Virus record (IMG/VR): IMGVR_UViG_3300017913_002196
Length of the DNA: 64,000 nt
Source: an uncultured virus (IMG/VR IMGVR_UViG_3300017913_002196)
Lineage: Duplodnaviria; Heunggongvirae; Uroviricota; Caudoviricetes
Direction: 5' to 3' (one strand)
Positions 1 through 8,791 of the stretch are shown here, one piece after another (position 1 is the stretch's first letter; each line of letters opens with the position of its first letter). Both the position numbers and the translations under genes were made by a program. The notes under the pieces are model-generated. The model saw nothing but the letters and a program-made list of their open reading frames with translations. It had not been told where the DNA came from and ran no database searches.

Positions 1-742
1 CACCGTATGCTGCTGGATCTTCTTGCAGTTTTTGAACAATCAGGTTATCCTGTTCACCAGCTTCTACATAAGCACCATCTGTACGCATCGCACGACACTT
101 CTTACCTTTTTTGTCGCCACGTGCTTTTGATGCTGCTTTTGCAATCTTATCTTTGCCACAATAACCTTTCTGGTTTACCATTTCTGCAAACGATGCACGA
201 GTACCAGATGTTGTTGGTGGACCATAGACACGAATTGCTGTGTCAGGTAAGTTAGGGTTGATATCTGACCATTTCTTAAATGGATTCGCAATCCACTGGT
301 CACAATTAAAGTTGCGGCCTGAGCCTTCGTAACATGCAGGTACTTCAGCTGTCAATGCCATACCAAGTTCTGCACGAGTAATGTTTAATGGGTTACCATC
401 TACTGAATGTGCTAAGACGATACCGTCATAGCCAACTTTTATTTCTGTGAGTGTCACATTGTTTGCATTACAATAATCAAGTTCCTTCTGCTTCATGCGA
501 GAAGATGCATTACCGATATCAATAAATTCTGTACCAATACCGTCACAAACACCTTTTTTACCAACAGACGATCCGCCAGATTCTACGATTGGTGTTTTAT
601 GATTTGGATTTTTGCCAAGTTCTTCAGCAACGATTGTCGCAAACGGAAGTACTGTTGACGATCCTGCAATAGAAATATAATCTCTTGCATAAGCTTGAGT
701 TGACAGACATATTGCTGCCATAGTTAGTAAGATTTTTTTCAT
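1..742 (-). CDS. pstS: Phosphate ABC transporter substrate-binding protein, runs off the left edge; missing from the ORF track
   Basis: Manual translation from ATG at 742: MKKILLTMAAICLSTQAYARDYISIAGSSTVLPFATIVAEELGKNPNHKTPIVESGGSSVGKKGVC...IDIGNASSRMK. Signal peptide, GSSTV and ESGGS motifs; AGGAG RBS upstream. Confidence 0.93.
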   Translation of the reverse strand, partial: MKKILLTMAAICLSTQAYARDYISIAGSSTVLPFATIVAEELGKNPNHKTPIVESGGSSVGKKGVCDGIGTEFIDIGNASSRMKQKELDYCNANNVTLTEIKVGYDGIVLAHSVDGNPLNITRAELGMALTAEVPACYEGSGRNFNCDQWIANPFKKWSDINPNLPDTAIRVYGPPTTSGTRASFAEMVNQKGYCGKDKIAKAASKARGDKKGKKCRAMRTDGAYVEAGEQDNLIVQKLQEDPAAYG

Positions 743-830
743 GGGAACTCCTTAATGTAAAAAAACTATTATAGGGTATTTACATATAGTTTTTAGAGTT
801 TCATAAAAAGTTAATATGTAATAAAAACAA

Positions 831-965
831 CTATCCCGGGCCGTTAGTAAAAGAGTCCGGGATATCTTTATCATTACATTTGCATTCATAACATACATCG
901 TTTACACACTCTTTACAGGATTCATTACAATGACATTCATGACCACATTTTTTACATTTGTTCAT
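831..965 (-). CDS. 44-aa Cys/His-rich small protein (metallothionein-like)
   Basis: MNKCKKCGHECHCNESCKECVNDVCYECKCNDKDIPDSFTNGPG; 9 Cys and 2 His; GGAG upstream; start overlaps the end of the upstream gene. Confidence 0.7.
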   Translation of the reverse strand: MNKCKKCGHECHCNESCKECVNDVCYECKCNDKDIPDSFTNGPG

Positions 966-1590
966 CTTCCACTCCAATAAAATCTATAAATTGCTCTTGA
1001 TCTTCAATATTGTTAAAAACATAACTACAAGTTAGTCTTGGACCACTTTTTCCGTTTTTAGCACAGTGCCAGAAAATATCTTTACTTGAATTACCAAAAT
1101 AACCAGCTTTAGCTGTCCATCCAGGTTTATCTTGAATAGTAATAATTTCTTTAGATACAGGGTCTTTATATCTAAAAAAGCCATTTCCGGTTTCAGAAAA
1201 AGTAAAGATAATGTTATAACCAGGTCTGTTGGAATTTGTATGCCAACCTATAAAGCCATCTGGTGGGTAAATACTAGCTAAAGTACGTTCAGAGCTAGAT
1301 ACTACGTTATCAATATTTGTTAAATGCCAAACGAAATCATGATAATAAGGAATAAAGTCATCTGTTTTATCTACTGTATAATTAAAATCAAATAAGAAAC
1401 TATCATCTGGGTAGAATTTATCTTCTTTAAAAGAATTGAGACAATTTTCAGTAACTACATATTCATAATCATTTCCATTAACAATACCATGAGTAAAAAT
1501 TAACTTAGCCGGGTTAATATCTAAAATATAATCGGACCATTCATATAATTTATCTGATAATTTTGAGTTATTAATTTCTATATTTTTCAT
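952..1590 (-). CDS. Putative 2OG-Fe(II) oxygenase-like / cupin-fold protein
   Basis: YPPDGFIGWHTN...WHCA...R pattern (HxN..H..R) next to two clear oxygenases. Confidence 0.55.
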   Translation of the reverse strand: MKNIEINNSKLSDKLYEWSDYILDINPAKLIFTHGIVNGNDYEYVVTENCLNSFKEDKFYPDDSFLFDFNYTVDKTDDFIPYYHDFVWHLTNIDNVVSSSERTLASIYPPDGFIGWHTNSNRPGYNIIFTFSETGNGFFRYKDPVSKEIITIQDKPGWTAKAGYFGNSSKDIFWHCAKNGKSGPRLTCSYVFNNIEDQEQFIDFIGVEDEQM

Positions 1591-2201
1591 TCGTTTTCTA
1601 ATTCATCTACATAGTCTATATAACTTAACCAACCAGTTGCGATAAATTTATCAGTATCGCATATTTCACCTCTATGTGTGTATGTCCAATCTGCAGGCCA
1701 TATGACTGTATTACCTTTTCTTGCTTCTAATTTTAGCTGTTGATGCTGAAAAAATGTTCCTCCATTTTCAACTGTATTTAGATAAGTCATAAAAACTAAA
1801 ACCCTTTCTTGGGAAAGTTTACTTGGAGCTCTTTCATAATGCCAAGGAAAAAAACCTTGATTAGGTTTGTAATATTGGATGTTCCACCCATATCTAATTC
1901 CTAAAGAATGGCCGTTTCTCAAACAAGGAAAACCAGAAACATAGTTTTTAATACAAATACTTAAAGTATCCATATAGTCTTTTACTTCTTTATATTTTTC
2001 AATATCTTGTTCCATAATTGATATATCTGTAGATATTTTAATAGGTTTTTTATCCCATTTTCTATCTTTTCTATTAACATCATGATATAAATTTTTATTA
2101 CTATGAAAAAAATTAACTAAATTATCGCAGACATCTTCAGGAATAGACCACCCTTTAAGAAAGGGGTCGTCTATATCAAGCGGCTTATAATTTTTAATCA
2201 T
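1587..2201 (-). CDS. 2OG-Fe(II) oxygenase (prolyl-hydroxylase-like)
   Basis: NIQYYKP..WHYE..RVLVFMTYLNTVENGGT..IWPADWTYTHRG..KFIATGW. Confidence 0.9.
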   Translation of the reverse strand: MIKNYKPLDIDDPFLKGWSIPEDVCDNLVNFFHSNKNLYHDVNRKDRKWDKKPIKISTDISIMEQDIEKYKEVKDYMDTLSICIKNYVSGFPCLRNGHSLGIRYGWNIQYYKPNQGFFPWHYERAPSKLSQERVLVFMTYLNTVENGGTFFQHQQLKLEARKGNTVIWPADWTYTHRGEICDTDKFIATGWLSYIDYVDELENE

Positions 2202-2734
2202 ACCAATCTAGGACCTTCAAACCAACAAGATAAAGAAATTCTTTCTCCTTTAGTAACAGGAGATACTTTGTGCGGAATAAATGAGGGAAATATTATTGCT
2301 GTTCCTTTTTCTCTTAACTCTTCAACAACTAAAGGCTTCCCAGGAGATAACATGAAATCGCCTCCTTCAAAATCATTTTCAGAGACATTAACGATAAAAG
2401 TTAATTTTAAATCTCTTAATTCACCGAAAGGAGTTGCATCAATATGCCAATCATAGTTGTTATGATTTTTAGAATATAAATTAAGATTTACACCGGGAGG
2501 ATATCTATCTATATTAAAACCATATATTCTTTCATTTATGGTTCTAGTTAGGTTATTAAAATTAGGAAGATATATATCTTCATCGTTAGAGGAACATTGC
2601 CAACTTTTAACTTCTTTATAATCTGTTCCTAAGTCATCTTCTTTTATTTTATTTTGTTTGTAAAAATTAATAGCTTTATCGCAGTCTTCGCTGGATAAAA
2701 CATTAGGTTCTATCCAATAATGATATAAATACAT
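2198..2734 (-). CDS. 2OG-Fe(II) oxygenase (PKHD-type)
   Basis: YDWHID..KLT..FEGGDF..KGTAIIFPSFIPHKVSPVTKGERISLSCWFEGP. Confidence 0.92.
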   Translation of the reverse strand: MYLYHYWIEPNVLSSEDCDKAINFYKQNKIKEDDLGTDYKEVKSWQCSSNDEDIYLPNFNNLTRTINERIYGFNIDRYPPGVNLNLYSKNHNNYDWHIDATPFGELRDLKLTFIVNVSENDFEGGDFMLSPGKPLVVEELREKGTAIIFPSFIPHKVSPVTKGERISLSCWFEGPRLV

Positions 2735-2748
2735 ATTTTAAAAAACTC

Positions 2749-4410
2749 CTACCATTGAGATTGTTTACTATATTTTATTCTTACGGCGCCGCCTTTGCCT
2801 CTTTCACCAATTCTATTTGTGGTTTGAAAATAGTTGTTATTAGCTCTTGTCCCGGCGCCTTTGCCTCCTCCTCCATATTCGTAATTAGACCAAGGAGAAC
2901 CATCACCTCCATTTGAAGCGTTGTTTGTTTGATAACTAGTACCAGAACCTCCGGCACCATTTGCGCCAGATCCATCTAGTCCGACGCCTCCTCCGTTACC
3001 CGGAGATTTCAGAGAAGAGCCACCGCCTCCTCCGCCTGTTATACCGGAGTCACCAGCACCCCCGTTTTGACCGCCATGGCCTCCTGCGCCGTTCCATCCC
3101 CCAGCGCCGCCACCACCGCCGCCCCATGAGCCTACGTTATTAGCGTTGTTGTAAACGTAATACCCTGGACCTCCAGATCCACCTCTGTTAGAATTACCTT
3201 GTGTTCTGGAGCTTCCTGGAGGATTTGAACCAAAGTTATTATTTGCAGCACCACCTGGCATTAGATTATTACTGTTTCCTGTAGGACCTTGACCGCTAGC
3301 CGCTTGACCACCATTAGCATAAAGACTACCAGCATAATTTGTTTGTTTACGCCAAAAGGATTGACCACCATTCGCGGTTCTATTTCCACCTTTACCGACT
3401 CGAACTTGAAACACAGTTCCTGATTGAGCACCAGTCCAGGACCCCCAAGTTGTGGCACCACCTCCTCCTCCACCGGCGCCGTATGCTGCCTGGTTGGTAT
3501 CATTACCACCTCCTCCTCCACCAACTGCTACTACAGAAAAATCAGTTACGTTAGATGGTAATGTATAGTTATAGTTTGTAAAACCGGCATTAGTATTTGA
3601 ATAATTTTGGGCCGGATTATCTCCCCAAACATATTGCCCCGTCGGGTGGGTAACAGAAGTGTCGTTAATTTGAACTGATGCACCAGAAGAACCATCAGTT
3701 CTAAGAGTTGTACCGGAGCCATTTGCCAATCTAGTAACTGTAAACGTAAAAGTTTGGTTTCCTTCAGTAGCCTCATCGGCATTAATACTAATAGTACAAT
3801 TACCTGTACCCGAACTGTTAGTAGTAATATAACCTGCTTCAGATGTCATTGAACCTGAATTAAAAGTAACCGTACCGGTACTCGGGCTACCTGTAGTTAC
3901 GTTAGTGATATCTGCAGATTGAACACCTGTAATTTTATAATAAATTCTTTTAGCGTTTCCTAAATTACTAGTAGTTACACTCATTGTAACTGTAGACCCT
4001 TCATCTACTGAAGATGCGCCTCTAGTAACTGCTGATACAGATGGTGTTAGAGAAGTGTCATTAATTTGAACAGTAGATGTAGAGCCATCTGGCGCAAAAC
4101 TTTGAAAATCTGAATTTAAGTTAAAAGTCATATTTTCTGTGCCTTCAGTAAGACTATCAGCACTTGTAGTTAAAGTAACACTTCCTGTTTCATTTTCATT
4201 AATAGTTATATTACCATTTAAACTTCCAGAGCTTAAGTCAGCTGATGAAATACCGGTTATATTATAACCAATTGATTCACCTGCAAATCCAGATGTGTTA
4301 AGTGTAAAAGTAACTGAAGAGCCTTCATTAACAGATGCAGCTGATCTACTTATAGTAATACTTTTACTATTTCCTCCTGTTAATACTGATCTTGCAAAAG
4401 CGAGTGGCAT
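2749..4410 (-). CDS. Putative virion/adhesin protein: two Ig/Calx-beta-like repeats plus a glycine-rich C-terminal domain
   Basis: Likely start MPLAFARSVLTGG at 4410 (AGGAG RBS); repeated SVNEGSSVTF / SVDEGSTVTM..EGTE/EGNQ..VQINDTS; VAVGGGGGG and many GGxGG runs. Confidence 0.7.
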   Translation of the reverse strand: MPLAFARSVLTGGNSKSITISRSAASVNEGSSVTFTLNTSGFAGESIGYNITGISSADLSSGSLNGNITINENETGSVTLTTSADSLTEGTENMTFNLNSDFQSFAPDGSTSTVQINDTSLTPSVSAVTRGASSVDEGSTVTMSVTTSNLGNAKRIYYKITGVQSADITNVTTGSPSTGTVTFNSGSMTSEAGYITTNSSGTGNCTISINADEATEGNQTFTFTVTRLANGSGTTLRTDGSSGASVQINDTSVTHPTGQYVWGDNPAQNYSNTNAGFTNYNYTLPSNVTDFSVVAVGGGGGGNDTNQAAYGAGGGGGGATTWGSWTGAQSGTVFQVRVGKGGNRTANGGQSFWRKQTNYAGSLYANGGQAASGQGPTGNSNNLMPGGAANNNFGSNPPGSSRTQGNSNRGGSGGPGYYVYNNANNVGSWGGGGGGAGGWNGAGGHGGQNGGAGDSGITGGGGGGSSLKSPGNGGGVGLDGSGANGAGGSGTSYQTNNASNGGDGSPWSNYEYGGGGKGAGTRANNNYFQTTNRIGERGKGGAVRIKYSKQSQW

Positions 4411-4435
4411 AATAACTCCTATAGTTGTTATAAAG

Positions 4436-4465
4436 AAAAATGGAGAGTTTTCACTCTCCATTTAT
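4436..4465 (-). terminator. Intrinsic terminator after the hsp20 operon
   Basis: AAATGGAGAG-ttttca-CTCTCCATTT hairpin with a U-tract on the minus strand. Confidence 0.7.
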
Positions 4466-4468
4466 TTA

Positions 4469-4534
4469 TTAGTTATCTCTTCTTTCAGGTTTATTCATAA
4501 ACCACTTCGCTTCTTCATATGTGTAAGGCCACAT
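4469..4534 (-). CDS. 21-aa micro-ORF MWPYTYEEAKWFMNKPERRDN
   Basis: ATG 1 nt after the upstream stop; fills the gap before the terminator. Confidence 0.4.
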   Translation of the reverse strand: MWPYTYEEAKWFMNKPERRDN

Positions 4535-4535
4535 A

Positions 4536-4664
4536 TTACACCCAAATCCCTTTGTACTTAAGTTGCTTCATACGATTCTCAAGATCTACATGATCTGTAG
4601 CTTGAGCAAGATATGTTTCAACAGGATCTGTTGCTGTAAAGATTTTCTTGATAAATTTAAGCAC
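4536..4664 (-). CDS. 42-aa small protein (DUF3563-like)
   Basis: GTG start with AGGA RBS: MLKFIKKIFTATDPVETYLAQATDHVDLENRMKQLKYKGIWV; YLAQATDxxDLExRM motif. Confidence 0.7.
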   Translation of the reverse strand: MLKFIKKIFTATDPVETYLAQATDHVDLENRMKQLKYKGIWV

Positions 4665-4878
4665 CGTAAATATCCTTTCTGCTTCTTTCGTTTAACATTG
4701 CTGCAATTTCAGCTACTGATTGGTCTTTATAATCATGCTGAAGTTTCTGTGCTACCTGCCAGTTAGCTTCCACTGAACGTGACATAGCAATGCCTTTACC
4801 GAAAGCATCAAAAAAGTTTACGATACCTTGATATAAATCAAGACCTAGAGTATAACCTCTGATCGCTAATTGTGTCAT
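4657..4878 (-). CDS. Hypothetical protein
   Basis: ORF coupled to hsp20 with a GGGGA RBS. Confidence 0.6.
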   Translation of the reverse strand: MTQLAIRGYTLGLDLYQGIVNFFDAFGKGIAMSRSVEANWQVAQKLQHDYKDQSVAEIAAMLNERSRKDIYGA

Positions 4879-5305
4879 TTTCTTTCCCCTTATGACTGTT
4901 AATGTTAATCAATTGGGGACGCTTTTCTTTAGGAAGGACTACTTCTAATTGAATAGCAAGAATTCCATCCATAAGATCTGCTCCGTTGACTTCTGTATAC
5001 TCAGACAGCCTGAATGACTTTTTAAATTTGCGAGCTGAAATACCTTTATGAATATACTTCTCAGGCTCTCTACGACGTTCGCGTGAGCCTTCTATAGTAA
5101 GAATATTATCTTTCAACTCAATTGAAATATCATCTTCTTTGAAACCTGCGACAGCCATTTCTAGCACATAGTTAAGCTCATCTTCTTTCACAACATTGTG
5201 AGGAGGATAAGAATCCTGTGCGTGTTTTGATATATTGTCTAGTTCATTGAAAATGTGATCGAAACCTAGAAAAACGTTTCTAGGAAATGCAAAGTTTCCT
5301 GTCAT
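4838..5305 (-). CDS. hsp20: Small heat shock protein Hsp20 (IbpA-like)
   Basis: FLGFD..YPPHNV..EMAVAGF..YIHKGISARKF..F.L..ADLMDGIL. Confidence 0.96.
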   Translation of the reverse strand: MTGNFAFPRNVFLGFDHIFNELDNISKHAQDSYPPHNVVKEDELNYVLEMAVAGFKEDDISIELKDNILTIEGSRERRREPEKYIHKGISARKFKKSFRLSEYTEVNGADLMDGILAIQLEVVLPKEKRPQLININSHKGKENDTISDQRLYSRS

Positions 5306-5360
5306 TTATACCTCCATAATTTGGACAGTTAAAAAGTGACCCGGTCTACCGGCGTCAATA

Positions 5361-5368
5361 TATTTATA
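5361..5368 (-). promoter_or_regulatory. T4-type late promoter TATAAATA upstream of hsp20
   Basis: Exact TATAAATA on the minus strand; gp55 is present in the window. Confidence 0.6.
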
Positions 5369-5374
5369 AAAGAA

Positions 5375-5680
5375 AAGAGAAGTTTTTTCTGTTGCCAGGA
5401 AAAACCTCTCCACAAAACCCCGCTAGTTGTACTTAACTCAACTAGGCAATTGCAGCAAGAGCCTGAGCACGCGGTGAAGTAACTTCTACCTTTGTGCTAA
5501 GGATTGATGCGAAAGTAGACTTGCTTTTTGCAGTTACTTTAATTATACTAAATCTACGCATATTTTTACAACATCTGTCGATCCTATTTCGCCCCCACAA
5601 AAAGACTCTCGTCTTGAATGTTTTGGTGGAGGCGCCGGGTACCGCCCCCGGGTCCAGCCTGTTTATTTTATACACGATCA
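5375..5680 (-). ncRNA. ssrA: Circularly permuted (two-piece, alphaproteobacterial-type) tmRNA
   Basis: Minus strand reads ...GGACCCGGGGGCGGTACCCGGCGCCTCCACCA (CCA end at 5624), a 27-nt spacer, then GGGGGCGAAATAGGATCGAC (5596). Acceptor stem GGGGGCG/CGCCUCC has G3.U70; tag ORF at 5531-5442; CCTGGCAACAGAA element near the 3' end. Outer ends are approximate. Confidence 0.93.
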
Positions 5681-5736
5681 TAAATCAAGTACAATATATT
5701 TATAATAAATAATTTAAATAAGTTATGGATTAAATT

Positions 5737-5955
5737 ATGGCACCAAATTTTAAATTTAAAATAGTTAAGAGTTGGAACGGAGATCTTATGACTTTGGTTG
5801 ACTCTGAATGGGAACACCCGATGTGGCAGAGATCTTTCGATCAAACTATATGGAACAAATATAGAGATAGTGATTTTAACACATTTGATAGCGATTCTAT
5901 AGCAGCAGATGGTTTTGATTATAAAGACTATCATAACGATTCGTTTGAAGTGTAG
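5737..5955 (+). CDS. Small acidic hypothetical protein with DSD/DSE motifs
   Basis: ORF follows a TAAATA element and precedes the 363-aa gene on the same strand. Confidence 0.6.
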   Translation: MAPNFKFKIVKSWNGDLMTLVDSEWEHPMWQRSFDQTIWNKYRDSDFNTFDSDSIAADGFDYKDYHNDSFEV

Positions 5956-5964
5956 GAAAATAAA

Positions 5965-7056
5965 ATGCCTTTTGCCTTTACAAGATCTATTTTAACAGCC
6001 GGAGGAAGCGCAAGTTATACTTTTGAGTCTAACTCTCAATTTGCTGCTTCATCAAAATACACAAATACATCCACAACAGTTCACATTGATAGTGATGTGT
6101 CAGGCAGTTTTTCTGTCGGGCAAGCTATTCAAGCTCCTAACGGAGATGTAGCTGTTATTTCAGCTGTTAATTATGGTGAGGGTACAAGAACTACTTTAGG
6201 TACTACATATTCCCATTTCTTAAAAAGAGTGCAATCCGCTATTGCTACGCCTTATAGAAGCGGTCAAACAGGTGGGTTCTTTATCAGATACAATAATAGA
6301 AGTTTGTTTACGAGTAATCAGTTGCAAGTGGGTGATTACTTATCAGCTGGTACATCTTTTAGTCAAGCTAGACAAGTACAACATCATGGTCATTCTATTA
6401 ATAGTAATCACCAGGTCACTGAAATGCAAGGGAAAAGAATGAGATGGAGTAATTCTACAGGATCAAGCGCCACAAAACAATATATTCCTTCTAAAAACGG
6501 ACATCAAGGCGCTGTTTCAAGTCAGTCTACAAGTGCTCAAGGTGTTACAACTGTTAATTTAAGAAATAATTCCGCTCAATCAGTATTAAGAGATGAATAT
6601 TTAGATAAAATTAACGGTATTGATATTCCTAACGATTTCGTCCAAGGCAATGATCGAGGATATGGTGGTTTTCCTCATACTAACTATTCTAGCTCTGGAA
6701 TAGGAACGTTTGAAGATTCTATATCTGGTACAGCTACACAATATGCTAATAGAACTTTTAAACTAGTTACTATGATATCAAATGAAACTGGCTCAACAGC
6801 TCCGTTATATGCTAGTGCTAATGTAGATCCCAGTGATTTTTGGGGTAATCAGGGATCTCCTAACTATACACAATGGTGGAGATCAACAGATGTTTGTTAT
6901 TTCGTAGAATGGAATGAGCATAGAAATATTTCTGCATACGGTGGTTCTTTTCAAAATAGAACTTGGTATAGATGGAGACCTAGAACTGTCTTAACTGTTG
7001 ATGCTAACGGTGATAGTTTTAACCAAGGTGATGCTATTCTTAGATCCGAAAGTTAG
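5965..7056 (+). CDS. Putative virion-associated protein (MPxxF family)
   Basis: MPFAFTRSILTAGG N-terminus; rich in Ser/Thr/Gly/Asn; AGGA RBS. Confidence 0.6.
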   Translation: MPFAFTRSILTAGGSASYTFESNSQFAASSKYTNTSTTVHIDSDVSGSFSVGQAIQAPNGDVAVISAVNYGEGTRTTLGTTYSHFLKRVQSAIATPYRSGQTGGFFIRYNNRSLFTSNQLQVGDYLSAGTSFSQARQVQHHGHSINSNHQVTEMQGKRMRWSNSTGSSATKQYIPSKNGHQGAVSSQSTSAQGVTTVNLRNNSAQSVLRDEYLDKINGIDIPNDFVQGNDRGYGGFPHTNYSSSGIGTFEDSISGTATQYANRTFKLVTMISNETGSTAPLYASANVDPSDFWGNQGSPNYTQWWRSTDVCYFVEWNEHRNISAYGGSFQNRTWYRWRPRTVLTVDANGDSFNQGDAILRSES

Positions 7057-8744
7057 ACTACAATATTATATCTAGCTAACCAGTGTTTAAAATAAACAGC
7101 TGCGTAAAAAGTTTTAGGACCATTAGTCTTTCTCCATTGAATAATATTATCCATTTGATTATCTAATGGTTGTCTAATAACGTTAGCCATCTTACTCATA
7201 AACTTTTGTTCTTCTTTACGCCATTCAGCATCAGGAATAGTCCAACCAGACTTACCTTTATTAATAACATAATCAGGTAAGACGCCGTTAAGACCTTCTC
7301 TAGCCAGAAACTTATATTCACCTGGTTTAAAAGTTTTAGGTTTAAGATTCATCATCTTTACACTAGATGGGATACTCATTACATAATGATAAAATTTTTG
7401 ATTAAGAAGAGGGAATCTTCCTTCCATTCCAAAGTGAGAACCGAACTTATCATTTCTAGTTAAAAAGTCTTCTGCTACTCTAGTTAACATTTCAACAAAC
7501 AAAGTATTATTTACTCTGTCTTCTCCAAAGACTTCTGATGGAAACCAACTTTCCATATATTTTCTGTAGCTATCAACAGTAACATACATCTCTTGGTTAC
7601 TAAGAGGAAGTGCTTTATTAGGACCCCAAGCAACGACATCAAAATGATCCCAAAAAGGGCATTCTTCTTTACCATACTGACCGTGAATTGCATAACCTGT
7701 GTACATTTCATCTCCACCATCTCCTGAATAGGTAACAATAGTTCCTTTCTTTCTCATAACTTTATTCATAAAGTAGTAGGAAGGAGTAGATTTGTTAAAC
7801 ACAGGTAATTCTAACGCTTCTACAGACTCGGAAATATTATTGTAAAAGTTGTCAGGAGTAACTAAAACTTCTGTATGATTGTAACCATATTGTTCTGCCA
7901 TCTTAAAAGCTACATTTGCATCATCGTTAACTAATTCATTGTTAGTTTGATATCTATTAGTAAATGTATTTCTTTCATTAAGATAGTGTGCGACAGAAGT
8001 AGAATCTAAACCACCAGATAGGAACACACCTCTTTGTCTTACGCCTACATGGCTTTTAGCAATAGCTGTACCTAGTTTAGTCTGAAACTCTTCTTTATCA
8101 AAAGCACTAGAATAAAACTTTTTATTCTTCCATAGGTTTCCTCTATAAGATTCTGACTTAGAATACACTATAAATTCACCAGGACATAATTTATATAAAC
8201 CAGAAATAAGAGTAAGAAAACCTGGTACATATCCGAACGCATTGTAAAGACTAAATGCATACATATCGAGTTTGTTTTCTTTATTCTCTAGAGCATGAAT
8301 AGATGAAGAGAATATTAAACCATCTTCTTTTGTAGTTTTATAATATAAAGGTTTTACACCAAAATGATCTCTACAAATAGTAGTGACACCATTTTTGTAC
8401 CAAGCTACAGCCCACATACCTTCACAATATTCTAAAAACTTGACTCCATATTTTTGTAGACCTTTAGCCAATACTTCCGTGTCTGTATTAGTTCTACAAT
8501 TCCATTCATCAAGTTCTTTGTAATTGTAAATAGCACCATTAAACACCATAACAAAATCACCATCTACATATGGTTGTATAGAGTTTTCAGGTTTATCAAA
8601 GATAGCTAATAAGTTATGACCAAAAGTAATATCTTTATTAGTATAAACGTCACGACCATCAGGACCTCTCCTAGCAGTCGTATCGAGCATTTTATTGACT
8701 CTGTCAATTTGATTTGGTTGAGTTATTCCGTTGATTCCGCACAT
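7053..8744 (-). CDS. asnB: Asparagine synthase (glutamine-hydrolysing)-like amidotransferase
   Basis: MCGI N-terminal nucleophile, RGPDG, FNGAIYN, RDHFGVKPLYY, LSGGLDS, SGDGGDE, EGRFPLL. Confidence 0.93.
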   Translation of the reverse strand: MCGINGITQPNQIDRVNKMLDTTARRGPDGRDVYTNKDITFGHNLLAIFDKPENSIQPYVDGDFVMVFNGAIYNYKELDEWNCRTNTDTEVLAKGLQKYGVKFLEYCEGMWAVAWYKNGVTTICRDHFGVKPLYYKTTKEDGLIFSSSIHALENKENKLDMYAFSLYNAFGYVPGFLTLISGLYKLCPGEFIVYSKSESYRGNLWKNKKFYSSAFDKEEFQTKLGTAIAKSHVGVRQRGVFLSGGLDSTSVAHYLNERNTFTNRYQTNNELVNDDANVAFKMAEQYGYNHTEVLVTPDNFYNNISESVEALELPVFNKSTPSYYFMNKVMRKKGTIVTYSGDGGDEMYTGYAIHGQYGKEECPFWDHFDVVAWGPNKALPLSNQEMYVTVDSYRKYMESWFPSEVFGEDRVNNTLFVEMLTRVAEDFLTRNDKFGSHFGMEGRFPLLNQKFYHYVMSIPSSVKMMNLKPKTFKPGEYKFLAREGLNGVLPDYVINKGKSGWTIPDAEWRKEEQKFMSKMANVIRQPLDNQMDNIIQWRKTNGPKTFYAAVYFKHWLARYNIVV

Positions 8745-8791
8745 GTCAATATTATAATAAATAAATTAAATTATTTATTGGAGATAGAAAT

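Noticed and set aside
7..255. 82-aa plus-strand ORF
   Set aside because: Antisense shadow of pstS.
743..830. Pho box upstream of pstS
   Set aside because: Only a weak GTTTCAT-N4-AGTTAAT resemblance in AT-rich DNA; cannot be supported.
5442..5712. 79-aa and 72-aa ORFs
   Set aside because: They overlie the tmRNA; only the tag portion (5531-5442) is meaningful.
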